A DNA stretch of 45,204 nucleotides from an uncultured Myxococcia bacterium (lineage in GTDB: Bacteria > CAZTWC01), in NCBI GenBank assembly GCA_964617105.1, contig CAZTWC010000005.1:1-45204 (forward strand), given 5' to 3'. This document shows, in pieces, positions 1-9,246 of the stretch (positions are counted from its first letter, which is position 1; every line of letters begins with the position of its first letter). The translations under genes and the position numbers were made by a program. The notes under the pieces are model-generated. The model was given only the letters and a program-made list of their open reading frames with translations, ran no database searches and was not told the DNA's origin.

Positions 1-801
1 CACCTCAAAATGGAGGTGTGGACCAGTGGAGTAGCCACTGTTTCCAGAGAGAGATATTTTTTCTCCCCCTTTTATATCTTGCCCTTTTTCTGCCAATAAA
101 CTGGATAGATGAGCATAGGTGGTGGCAGTATTGTCTCCATGATCTACGACCATCACTTTGCCATACCCACTCTTTTCACCGCTAAAGGCAACCACCCCTC
201 CCCTGACCGCATGGACCGGAGTTCCTACCGGCACAGCAATATCCACTCCCTGGTGCATAATCGGACGTTTAAATATAGGATGAATCCGCATGCCAAAAGA
301 GGAGGAAAGACGACCTTCGCCTTTGGGCAACGGGGAAAGTATCCCCTCATCCCAGGTCGGCTGCTTGAGGTAAGGCAAACTCTTCTCTATCTCTTGGCCA
401 GATATGTGACTCGGCTGAGGGCGGACCAGAGTATTTAACGGCCCTCCCTTTTGCACAGGATTACTATTCACTCTGTCTGACATCTGCTCTACAATTATAT
501 CGGCCAAACCAATTCCGCCATTTTTAGCAGCCATTTTGGCATATTCACTATCCAGCATGGAGATATAAACCTTTTGAGAATAACCACCGCCCATCAATTT
601 TGAGGTAGGCACAGATTTACGCATAGTCTGAAGAAGATGATCCATAAAAATAGATTCAAAGCCCTGAGCCGCCTTGCGAAGTCCCTCTACATCGTTCTTC
701 TGGTTAGCGATAGACTCCCGCAGTTGCTTCCCCTTTTGAACCACATCCTGCCGTGAGTTGGCCTGTGATTGTAATAAACCTGATTTTAGGGCGATATTCA
801 T
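1..801 (-). CDS. flgJ: FlgJ-type rod-binding domain fused to M23 metallopeptidase (3' end runs off the window)
   Basis: Absent from the ORF track; translated by hand. ATG at 801 overlaps the flgI stop (TAATG) and the frame is open to base 1. N-term LRKAAQGFESIFMDHLLQTMRKS...MLDSEYA...GGIGLADII is the rod-binding signature. C-term FGMRIHPI...HQGVDI...YGKVMVVDHG...YAHL...GNSGYSTGPHLHFEV carries the M23 HxxxD and HxH motifs. Confidence 0.9.
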   Translation of the reverse strand, partial: MNIALKSGLLQSQANSRQDVVQKGKQLRESIANQKNDVEGLRKAAQGFESIFMDHLLQTMRKSVPTSKLMGGGYSQKVYISMLDSEYAKMAAKNGGIGLADIIVEQMSDRVNSNPVQKGGPLNTLVRPQPSHISGQEIEKSLPYLKQPTWDEGILSPLPKGEGRLSSSFGMRIHPIFKRPIMHQGVDIAVPVGTPVHAVRGGVVAFSGEKSGYGKVMVVDHGDNTATTYAHLSSLLAEKGQDIKGGEKISLSGNSGYSTGPHLHFEV

Positions 802-1913
802 TACATCAACTCCAGCTCAGCCTGCAAAGCGCCCGCCTTTTTTATTGCCTGTAGTATAGCCATCAAATCCCGGGGAGTTACACCCAAAACATTCAAAGCC
901 TGCACAACTTCGTTAATTCTAACCCCTTCCGGCACTACCTGCAGCCGCACCTTTTCCTCTTTGGCAGTAATATCAGACTGGGGCACCACTGTAGTCTGTC
1001 CTCCCTGGCTAAAAGCCGAAGGCTGAGAGACCTGACCCGATTCCCTGATGGTAATACTCAAACTACCGTGAGAGATAGCCACCGTGGAAATTCTGACGTT
1101 TTCACCAATAATAATGGTGCCGGTCCGTTCGTTGATCACAATTTTGGCCCGCTGATCTGGCACTACATCAAACCGCTCAATGGCGGCTAAAAACTCTACC
1201 TTGCGCTCCTTATAGTGGGTAGGGATATTCAACTGGATTACCCCGCCATCTTTGGCCGTAGCAAACTTGCCTCCTAAGTTCTGGTTTAATACCCGGCTTA
1301 CCCGGGCAGCAGTAGTGAAATCAGGATTTTTCAACAGCAGGGAGATCACAACCTTTTTGGAAAAATTATTGGGTATCTCTTTTTCTACAACAGCGCCATT
1401 GGGGATACTGCCGGTAGTAGGATGATTTTTCTGCACCGAGGCGGCCTTGCCGGCAAAGGAGAAACCTCCGGTCATAACCGCGCCCTGGGCCAAAGCGTAT
1501 ATTTTGGAATCAACCCCTTTTAGAGGTGTCATCAAAAGAATCCCTCCTGCCAGATTTTTGGCGTTACCCAGGGATGAGACCGTAACATCTATTTTGGTTC
1601 CCAACTTGGAAAAGGGCGGCATCTCTGCGGTTACAATTACCGCTGCAACATTAGAAACTTTAATTTTGTTTACATCCGCCCTGGTAAAAACTCCCATCCG
1701 GGTCAACATAGTGGCTACCGACTGAATGGTAGGCATGATCTTCTGGTCATCACCAGTGCCATTGAGCCCAACTACCAGGCCATAGCCTATTAACTGGTTA
1801 CTCCGCACCCCTTGTATTTCGGCAATATCTTTAATTCTCACCGCTAAAGTTACAGAACTGAAACCTATCAGCATGAGGATGACCATGACCGCAGTTTTCA
1901 ATATTCTATTCAT
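801..1913 (-). CDS. flgI: Flagellar P-ring protein FlgI
   Basis: Signal peptide then RIKDIAEIQGVRSNQLIGYGLVVGLNGTGD; INERTGTII; ends LQAIKKAGALQAEL. Confidence 0.97.
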   Translation of the reverse strand: MNRILKTAVMVILMLIGFSSVTLAVRIKDIAEIQGVRSNQLIGYGLVVGLNGTGDDQKIMPTIQSVATMLTRMGVFTRADVNKIKVSNVAAVIVTAEMPPFSKLGTKIDVTVSSLGNAKNLAGGILLMTPLKGVDSKIYALAQGAVMTGGFSFAGKAASVQKNHPTTGSIPNGAVVEKEIPNNFSKKVVISLLLKNPDFTTAARVSRVLNQNLGGKFATAKDGGVIQLNIPTHYKERKVEFLAAIERFDVVPDQRAKIVINERTGTIIIGENVRISTVAISHGSLSITIRESGQVSQPSAFSQGGQTTVVPQSDITAKEEKVRLQVVPEGVRINEVVQALNVLGVTPRDLMAILQAIKKAGALQAELELM

Positions 1914-1952
1914 AATTGCTATCCCTTTTCAGAGGTTATCACTAATAATTGA

Positions 1953-1969
1953 TGCAATATACATACCAA
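1953..1969 (-). promoter_or_regulatory. sigma54 (-24/-12) promoter upstream of flgI
   Basis: Minus strand TTGGTATGTATATTGCA = GG-N10-GC, about 40 bp upstream of the flgI ATG. Confidence 0.7.
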
Positions 1970-2012
1970 CCTAACTCAAGATTGAGATCCAGGGGATTCT
2001 TTTCGTTCTTAC

Positions 2013-2741
2013 TTAAAATGGCCAGACCCAATCCATTATAGTGCTGAACCAGCCCTGGTTCTGCTTATCCGATATGGGCCCCCGACCAGTAAACTCAATT
2101 TGAGCATCAGCGATGAGCGCAGATTTTATCCTGTTGTCTGAATCAATATCAATGGGACGAACAATCCCGCTAATATAAAAATGGTGTTCCTCATTGTTCA
2201 ACAAAACCACCCGCTGCCCCTCGATAAAAATGTTTCCATTGGCCATCACCTCTCTGACCGAGGCGGGAACAGTGGCCACCATCTGCTCACTGCGGGAAGT
2301 TTTACCCAGCCCTTTAAACTGATTTTTACTGCCAGCAGAAAGGATCTTATCCCGGTTAAAATTTGGATTTACCTGTTGCAAAGCGGCTAAAAAACCAGCC
2401 ACTGCTTTGGCATTGGCCTCTATGCTAGATTCCTTGCTCAAATCGGTGGATGCATTCCTGGAAGCGGCGGCAGATTCTTCGATTTCAATTATAAAAATAT
2501 CTCCCGGCCGCCGGGCCCGGGCATCTTGAAAAAGATAGTTGCCCTGATGATACTCCTGCCAAAGAGCCCCATCGCTGGTTACCTGAACCCGCGCCTGGTA
2601 ATTGGTAAAAGGTTTATAACTCCTCTTTTTGGGAGTATAGGGATGGATGTGACGCACACAACCGTAACTAAAAAGCAGTAGCCAGGTCACCATCATTACC
2701 AAAAATATTTTTACTGCCAAAATCATGTTGCTCTTTTTCAT
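2013..2741 (-). CDS. flgH: Flagellar L-ring lipoprotein FlgH
   Basis: Lipobox-like FSYGC; LFQDARARRPGD, NGNIFIEG, SGIVRPIDI, IADAQI, C-terminal GWF...WPF. Confidence 0.95.
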   Translation of the reverse strand: MKKSNMILAVKIFLVMMVTWLLLFSYGCVRHIHPYTPKKRSYKPFTNYQARVQVTSDGALWQEYHQGNYLFQDARARRPGDIFIIEIEESAAASRNASTDLSKESSIEANAKAVAGFLAALQQVNPNFNRDKILSAGSKNQFKGLGKTSRSEQMVATVPASVREVMANGNIFIEGQRVVLLNNEEHHFYISGIVRPIDIDSDNRIKSALIADAQIEFTGRGPISDKQNQGWFSTIMDWVWPF

Positions 2742-2810
2742 AATTCTTATCCTGCCAAATAATTCCCGACTTATCTCCGGGAGGTAATAGTTTTTTGGTT
2801 AACCTTTTTT

Positions 2811-3893
2811 TTACAAATCCACTTTCACCGTTTCCGGACCTATTACCCGGGCATCAAAAACTTTTCGGGAAGAGAGGTTGATCACCCTGATAAAATCGTT
2901 TTCCCGACCGTCTTCTTTGCTAAGGCCAATGGTTTTTATCTGCAAAGTTCCCTTTTCTGCGATCACAATTACTCGCCTTCCCCTTTTTACCATAGCCGGA
3001 CTGCTAATATCACCGGAGGTCAGGGGCGAACCGGCTTTGAGTCCCCGGTTGAGCCGTTTACCCCGAAGGTATTTGATATTTAAAACCGGTATAGAAGCAA
3101 GTTTGCTGATATCCCGTTTTGATATTCTTATATCGGAACGGCGCAATACTTTTCCCCGGGGCAGATCCCTTTCCAACACCGGCACCTGGGTAAAGATGCC
3201 CATCTCCAGGTTTATCCACCGCCGAATATATTCCCGGCCAGACAATTTTATAATCAACAAAGCGGACAGAGGAGACAATTTACTGCTCCCTTTCTTTACC
3301 TTAATTTGATAAATCGGCCGTCCCGGCGGTAATTGAATATCTCGTTTTAAAGAACTGGACTGGATCTCCAGTTTGGCACCGGCAGGAATTATTTCGGCCA
3401 ACTGCTCTCTTATTGCATCATACAAAAGGGTTTCTATATGTTGGGTAGTCACAGTTTGTTTTTTACTCCAAACCAATACTTCTTCAGGGATAGAGATATT
3501 GACTCGCTCTGGGCGAAAACCGTGCCTTACCAGGGCGGTATAAATCACTTTGCCCGGTAAACGCTTGAATCTGTCCACCCCAGGGGCTTCACCCAATTCA
3601 ATCCTGGTTAAAACCCTTCTCTCCAGCCTGCTAAGCCCGGCAAATTCGGCAATATCACCCAGGGTGATCACCGGACGCTCTACCATAACCTTGCTTTTTA
3701 CATCTATATTCACACCCTTTTGCACCTCATTTAACTCTATTTCCATACCCAGGGCCTGATGATGAGACGACAGCAGAATAACCAGGAGGAGAATAGCGCT
3801 CTTCAGGCGCCAAAAGTACGCAAAATCTTTGTTCCGGCTTTGCCGCTTAATTCTGCCTTCCTTCAAATGGATTAAACCAAACCATAAAATCAT
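2811..3893 (-). CDS. flgA: Flagellar P-ring chaperone FlgA (long form)
   Basis: ITLGDIA and APG N-terminal motifs, SAF-like region, C-terminal VKRG...V...DG...IRVINLSSRKVFDARV. Lies between flgG and flgH. Start placed at ATG 3893 after AGGAGAG; start uncertain. Confidence 0.88.
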   Translation of the reverse strand: MILWFGLIHLKEGRIKRQSRNKDFAYFWRLKSAILLLVILLSSHHQALGMEIELNEVQKGVNIDVKSKVMVERPVITLGDIAEFAGLSRLERRVLTRIELGEAPGVDRFKRLPGKVIYTALVRHGFRPERVNISIPEEVLVWSKKQTVTTQHIETLLYDAIREQLAEIIPAGAKLEIQSSSLKRDIQLPPGRPIYQIKVKKGSSKLSPLSALLIIKLSGREYIRRWINLEMGIFTQVPVLERDLPRGKVLRRSDIRISKRDISKLASIPVLNIKYLRGKRLNRGLKAGSPLTSGDISSPAMVKRGRRVIVIAEKGTLQIKTIGLSKEDGRENDFIRVINLSSRKVFDARVIGPETVKVDL

Positions 3894-3929
3894 TGCTCTC
3901 TCCTGTAACCTAATACCTAAAATCAGCAA

Positions 3930-4721
3930 TTACCTCAGGCTAGTAGACGCCTGTAAAATCTGATCGGCTGTGCTGATCACTTTTGAATTCAACTCAAAGG
4001 AACGCTGGCTTACAATCATCTCCAGCATCTCCTCCACCACGTTGACATTAGAGGATTCCACAACCCCCTGAGCCAGTGTGCCCAATGCTGACCCGCTATC
4101 TCCCGGATTGCCCATAACCGGACTGCCCGAAGCCGATGTCTGCACAAAAAGGTTACGCCCAATGGCTTGCAACCCGGCAGGATTGGCGAACTTGGCCAAC
4201 TGAATCTGACCCAACTCTTGCCCCTCTGTCCCGCCGGACTGTACTACCGACACCACCCCATCAGTACCGATGGTTACCGATACTGCCTCCTGAGGAATAT
4301 TTATTGACGGTTCCAGTTGAAACCCATTAGAGGTTACCATTTGTCCCTCGCTGTTTAGTTTAAAAGAACCAGCGCGGGTAAAAGCAGGCTCACCATTGGG
4401 CTGACGAATTTGAAAAAATCCACCTCCCTCGATAGCGACATCCAACTGGTTATTAGTTTGTTTCAACTCCCCTACCGTAAAAATCCTCTGAGTAGCCACC
4501 GGCCTCACTCCTTGTCCAATCTGAATACCCACCGGCAATTCCACTCCAGTTGCAGCAGAAGTTCCAGGCGCTCTAATGGTCTGGTAGAGTTGATCCTGAA
4601 AATCAGCCCGGCTTTTTTTGTACCCATTGGTACTGGCATTCGCCAAATTATTGGCGATGACGTCAAGTCTCAATTGCTGGGCTTCCATTCCGGTTGCCGC
4701 TGTATTCAATGCCCTAATCAT
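3930..4721 (-). CDS. flgG: Flagellar basal-body rod protein FlgG
   Basis: MIRALNTAATGMEAQQ...IANNLANAST.GYK; TRAGSFK; ESSNVNVVEEM. GGAGGT RBS precedes ATG 4721. Confidence 0.96.
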   Translation of the reverse strand: MIRALNTAATGMEAQQLRLDVIANNLANASTNGYKKSRADFQDQLYQTIRAPGTSAATGVELPVGIQIGQGVRPVATQRIFTVGELKQTNNQLDVAIEGGGFFQIRQPNGEPAFTRAGSFKLNSEGQMVTSNGFQLEPSINIPQEAVSVTIGTDGVVSVVQSGGTEGQELGQIQLAKFANPAGLQAIGRNLFVQTSASGSPVMGNPGDSGSALGTLAQGVVESSNVNVVEEMLEMIVSQRSFELNSKVISTADQILQASTSLR

Positions 4722-4806
4722 AAATAACCTCCCTGGCAATTAATTGCCGGTAATAATCTCCTAAAACTCGGTTACCTAAACTCTAATACCGTTAACCATA
4801 CCTCTA

Positions 4807-5565
4807 TCACTTTCCAGTTCCTATAACCTTACTATCCAATTCTTTAAAGGTGGATATCGCCTTTTGTATCACTGCGTGGGAACGATTGATCTTGATCAAA
4901 TCGATCATACTGGTTACCGGATTTACATTAGATAACTCCAAGTTACCCTGGTATACCTTTGGTTGGGCCGGCTCCGGTTGCACCTTGTCATCGCTGGAGG
5001 CAAAACAAGAATTTCCCATCTTCATTAACCGCGATTTATCGGGAAATTCTACCAACTTAAGTTGGCTCACCTTCTCCTCATCCATTCTAGAGGTTCTTCT
5101 AAAAATCCCGCCCTTTTCATCAATAATGATCTCTCCTTCGCCCAGTTTAATCTTCCCATTTTCCCCCATTACCGGGTGACCATTCATAGTTACCAAAAAA
5201 CCTTCGCTGTTCATGGTAAAGGAGCCATTACGAGTATATAATTCACCCTGCGGGGTGTCTATGACAAACATCCCATCTCCAATCAAGGCCATATGAAGAG
5301 GATTACCGGTTTTTTTGAGATGCCCCTGGCCAAACTGGGTCTTTTGTTCCCCGGGAGAGGGGTAAGCCCTATCCCTCATTTGAATTTTATATCGCCCCTC
5401 ACTGTCTACGACTAGTTGGGATTCTTTCTTAAGGTAACTAGAAAAAGCAATGGTATCCTCTTTATACCCGGGGGTATTAACATTCGCCAAATTATTGGCG
5501 ACCACATCCAGCCTCACCAACGCCCCTGAAGAACCTGAAAGTCCTGCCCATATTCCATCACTCAT
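4807..5565 (-). CDS. flgF: Flagellar basal-body rod protein FlgF
   Basis: VANNLANVNTPGYK, TGNPLHMAL.GDG, YTRNGSF, LELSNVNPV; directly upstream of flgG. Confidence 0.9.
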   Translation of the reverse strand: MSDGIWAGLSGSSGALVRLDVVANNLANVNTPGYKEDTIAFSSYLKKESQLVVDSEGRYKIQMRDRAYPSPGEQKTQFGQGHLKKTGNPLHMALIGDGMFVIDTPQGELYTRNGSFTMNSEGFLVTMNGHPVMGENGKIKLGEGEIIIDEKGGIFRRTSRMDEEKVSQLKLVEFPDKSRLMKMGNSCFASSDDKVQPEPAQPKVYQGNLELSNVNPVTSMIDLIKINRSHAVIQKAISTFKELDSKVIGTGK

Positions 5566-5692
5566 GCATATCTCCTTGTAATTACAACATCTTATTGCAC
5601 ATCAACGCCGTCCAGGATTAAATGCTCTCGCTGTTTTCTATTGCTTTGCGCCATCAATCATGCTCCATCTGCTTCTCTGCCTAAATATTCGA

Positions 5693-5709
5693 TGCAATAT
5701 ATGTGCCAA
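5693..5709 (-). promoter_or_regulatory. sigma54 (-24/-12) promoter of the flgF operon
   Basis: Minus strand TTGGCACATATATTGCA matches the consensus TGGCAC-N5-TTGCW. Confidence 0.85.
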
Positions 5710-5859
5710 GCAAATGACGTGCCCCTTAACCTGCTTAGTTGATAAAAAAAATTTGATTATTATCTAACTTTTATGCTAGTGTAGTGACTTAAAATTATTA
5801 TTTAATGGTTTGCTTGTAAATTTTAGGCATAAATTTATTTGAAGGGAGTGATAATTACC

Positions 5860-6669
5860 ATGGATACTTTTCAAATAGATATTGATAGTGATGAGTTCAA
5901 ATTATTAGGAATAATCAATGAACACGCTAATATTGATTCCTTTCTAGCCAACCTGTCCCAGAATTCGGTAATCAACCTGGAAGGTATCACCAGGATCAGT
6001 TCTTACGGGGTAAGGACCTGGGTTAGCGGAAGGATAAAGTGTGATAATTTACTGGAATACAAACTTTGCCCGGTGATGGTGGTAGAACAGTTCAACATGA
6101 TTCCCGAACTTTTAGGCTCCAACACGGTGGTTTCCTCTTTTTACGTCCCTTTTTATTGCCCGGAATGCGATCAGGATTATTTGTTCCTGATGGAAAAAGG
6201 GAAACACTTTGAATATGGCGTGGAACCGGAAATACCGGAAATGTACTGTCAATGTGGTTGTGAATACGACTTTGAGGCCGAAGACGACTATTTCGCCTTT
6301 TTAAAGGATATTGATAAAAAATTGGGGAGAAAAACTGTCAGCGATACCCTAAGAAAGCCCATGAAGTGCAAGGTTAAGGTGACCTTCGCCAAAGACAGTT
6401 ACTCCTTGGTTCTGGAGTCAAGCAACATCAGCGAAAGCGGGATCTTCCTCCTGAGTAACGCAGACAGGGAACAATGGGAAAAACTACTATTGGAATTCCA
6501 ACTCCCAGATTCCAAAAATACCATCAATATCCAGGGTGAAATCCGGTGGTTGTCTAATATTGACGATGAGAATAAAAGAGGCTTTGGAGTAAAATTCCTG
6601 AGTATTTCGGAACAACATAGCGATTTGATAAAAAATTATATGGAATCTTTTGTCCCGGAAGAGTCCTAA
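5860..6669 (+). CDS. STAS-like/Zn-ribbon N-terminal region plus C-terminal PilZ domain protein
   Basis: INLEGITRISSYGVRTW (STAS-like), CPEC...CQC, then PilZ NISESGIFL...LEFQLP...GEIRW...GFGVKF. Alternative TTG start at 5839. Confidence 0.75.
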   Translation: MDTFQIDIDSDEFKLLGIINEHANIDSFLANLSQNSVINLEGITRISSYGVRTWVSGRIKCDNLLEYKLCPVMVVEQFNMIPELLGSNTVVSSFYVPFYCPECDQDYLFLMEKGKHFEYGVEPEIPEMYCQCGCEYDFEAEDDYFAFLKDIDKKLGRKTVSDTLRKPMKCKVKVTFAKDSYSLVLESSNISESGIFLLSNADREQWEKLLLEFQLPDSKNTINIQGEIRWLSNIDDENKRGFGVKFLSISEQHSDLIKNYMESFVPEES

Positions 6670-6702
6670 ACCTTAGGGCTCCCTCAAGGGATCAACGCGC
6701 TA

Positions 6703-7704
6703 TTATAGATATTTTTTTAGATTCAGTGATGCCCAGTAGAAAAAGAGTTCCAGAGTTGCTTTTACCCATTTGGTCAGCCCCAGTTCATCTATATAAACCA
6801 GGGATAAAAAACCAACGTTCTCGTTGTTGTTGCCGATATTAATGGGACGCTGATAGAAATAATTCTCTGGTTGTTGACTAATATTTTTTGCCCTTTGACT
6901 GATAGGCCCCACTTTTTTTTCTCTGAGTAACCTTATCTTCAGGTTTTGTGGAGTATTCAAATCCCTATTAGAGCCATCTACGGGTTTAAACTGGTCTTGA
7001 GAATAATTGACAAACCACTTGTGCAATGCTTTGGAAGCAGGCTTGGAATGAAAGATATATAACCGATCCCCCTCTTCTCTTTTTATCATTATTCCAGCCA
7101 GGTAATAATCGCAGATCCTCCTCACCAACCGTAAAAGAGAAAAAACAAACTCCTCCTGGTTATGGGATTTGAGACCAATCAAATTTACTTCGTTAATAAT
7201 AGAGGATTGAAAGAGTTTGCGATCCAGCATGTAGATTACCCTCTCCATAATCTCCTGTTCGCTTAATTCATGTCCCGGCGATTTTTGCAAATCAATCCGG
7301 TTGTCACGGTCATATAATTGAAACTGTTTCTCTACCTCCTCTTCCAGAGCCAGATCCTCAACATCTTTGGTAACGTAAGCATCGGCACCAACACTCCGGC
7401 CCCAAAATCGAGCACCCTTTTGTAACCTGGAAGTAAGAATAATAACGGGAATATCTTTGGTAATCTCCTCTTCCTTTAAAAACCTGCAGGTCTGGAAACC
7501 GTTTATCCTGGGCATCTCTAAATCCAGCAACACCAAGTCGGGAGGATTATGGTAAACATATTGAATTGCTTCCAGGCCATCAGTCACCACATCAACTTGA
7601 TAGCCCTTCATTATAAAAATCTTTTTAAGTAAATTCCTAACTGTGGCGCTATCATCTACAACTAAAATTTTCTTCTTTTTACTAACCGACATGCCGATAA
7701 ACAC
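6703..7704 (-). CDS. Response regulator: REC domain plus GAF-like C-terminal region
   Basis: ILVVDDS...PDLVLLDLEMP.INGF...GADAYVTK. The C-terminal GAF-like call is tentative. Start may be ATG 7692. Confidence 0.8.
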   Translation of the reverse strand: MFIGMSVSKKKKILVVDDSATVRNLLKKIFIMKGYQVDVVTDGLEAIQYVYHNPPDLVLLDLEMPRINGFQTCRFLKEEEITKDIPVIILTSRLQKGARFWGRSVGADAYVTKDVEDLALEEEVEKQFQLYDRDNRIDLQKSPGHELSEQEIMERVIYMLDRKLFQSSIINEVNLIGLKSHNQEEFVFSLLRLVRRICDYYLAGIMIKREEGDRLYIFHSKPASKALHKWFVNYSQDQFKPVDGSNRDLNTPQNLKIRLLREKKVGPISQRAKNISQQPENYFYQRPINIGNNNENVGFLSLVYIDELGLTKWVKATLELFFYWASLNLKKYL

Positions 7705-8672
7705 TACTTAGAATTTTTAGGTATAATATTTTCGTACTGTCTGACCTGATTTCGGCCAGATTCTTTTGCATTATAAAGAGCCTTGTCAGCCAACTTGATC
7801 ATTTCTTCGTAACTGTCCACCCCCTGGTAGGGAAAAGTAGAAGTGCCAAATGATGCGGTTACATGTACAATACTGTTGTCATCTGAAAACTCTTTTTCAC
7901 TAAGACTTTTACGGATCCGTTCCGCCACGGTAAAGCCTCCTTCAACCGTAGTTTCCGGCAAGACCATGATCATCTCCTCGCCACCATACCGGGCTAATAG
8001 ATCGATTTTACGCACCGAATCCTTTAATATGACGGATGTACCTTGAAGAACCAGGTCACCAAAAGGATGGCCGTAATTGTCGTTGATAGATTTAAAATGA
8101 TCCAGATCCATCATTATGCAGGTAAGAGGTAGTTGATATCGCTGGGCTCGGGCAAATTCCACCGACAGCCGCTGATAAAAATAACGGCGGTTGTATATAC
8201 CGGTCAAACTATCGGTAATAGACATTTGCTGCAGTTTTTCATTAAGCGATTCCAGTTGGTTATTGCGCTCCTTTAACTGGTCCTGCAAAAACTTAAGCCG
8301 TAACATCGATTTCAATTTGGCAGCCAACTCCAACATATTTACCGGTTTGATCAGGTAATCGTCAGCCCCCAGTTCCAAACCCGCAATTTTAGACTCCATA
8401 TCTTCCCGGGCTGTCATCAGAATAACCGGCATAAAATCAAATTTATTGCTACTCTTGATGATTCGGCAAACATCGTATCCACCCATCTTGGGCATCTCTA
8501 CATCCATGACGATAATGTCTGGTTTATGCCGATTAATTTTGGAAAGTCCTTCCGCTCCATCGTAGGCCGTTAAAAAATCATAATCAAAGTTACTCTGTAA
8601 TCCCTGGATCACCATGTTTACATTGGTTCGATTATCATCAACAACTAATATTAGTGGTTTGTGTTCGGGCAT
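7704..8672 (-). CDS. REC-GGDEF diguanylate cyclase (WspR/PleD-like)
   Basis: REC domain, coiled linker, TDSLTGIYNRR, DLDHFKSINDNYGH..GD, RxxD I-site (RKID), RYGGEEM, ADKALY.AK.SGRN. Confidence 0.95.
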   Translation of the reverse strand: MPEHKPLILVVDDNRTNVNMVIQGLQSNFDYDFLTAYDGAEGLSKINRHKPDIIVMDVEMPKMGGYDVCRIIKSSNKFDFMPVILMTAREDMESKIAGLELGADDYLIKPVNMLELAAKLKSMLRLKFLQDQLKERNNQLESLNEKLQQMSITDSLTGIYNRRYFYQRLSVEFARAQRYQLPLTCIMMDLDHFKSINDNYGHPFGDLVLQGTSVILKDSVRKIDLLARYGGEEMIMVLPETTVEGGFTVAERIRKSLSEKEFSDDNSIVHVTASFGTSTFPYQGVDSYEEMIKLADKALYNAKESGRNQVRQYENIIPKNSK

Positions 8673-8837
8673 ACTTAAATCAATCTTTTAATCTCTGTGG
8701 TTTCCTTATAGGTAGATCTTAAACATAACAGACTACCAAGCGGTGTATTACCGAAAGTTATTTTCATTATTAAATAATTAAATGATATTGGGGAATAAAA
8801 GTCAACTAAAAACCAGTTGGGCAGGAGTTAATCCAAA

Positions 8838-9203
8838 TCAAGGAATAAACTTTTTTACCATGCTGATAATATCTACGTCATTGAAGGGCTTAACTATCCA
8901 ACCGTTAGCCCCAATTTTTTGAGCAGCCTTGATTCTATATAAATCGGATTCCGCGGTCAGCATAATCACCGGGACAAATTTCCATTTGCGCTCTTTCCTA
9001 ATCTCCGAAAGGCAGGTCTGCCCATCCATATTGGGCATATAAAGATCCATCAGCAGCAAGGAAGGCATGAAAGACTCCATTTTCTCCAGGGCTTCCAGTC
9101 CATCGGCAGCCTCCTCCACCTGGTAGCCAACCCGTTCCAGATACCGTTTCAACAAAACACGTATCTGTAACGAATCATCAACAATTAGTACTTTTAAAGC
9201 CAT
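8838..9203 (-). CDS. Single-domain response regulator (CheY-like)
   Basis: VLIVDDS, LLMDLYMPNMDG, VIMLTAE, GWIVKPF. Confidence 0.92.
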   Translation of the reverse strand: MALKVLIVDDSLQIRVLLKRYLERVGYQVEEAADGLEALEKMESFMPSLLLMDLYMPNMDGQTCLSEIRKERKWKFVPVIMLTAESDLYRIKAAQKIGANGWIVKPFNDVDIISMVKKFIP

Positions 9204-9246
9204 TGAAAATTACCTTTTTAGAGTAAATGCGCCCTATCTACAACCA

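Noticed and set aside
109-438. 109-aa plus-strand ORF
   Set aside because: Shadow of the minus-strand FlgJ-M23 gene.
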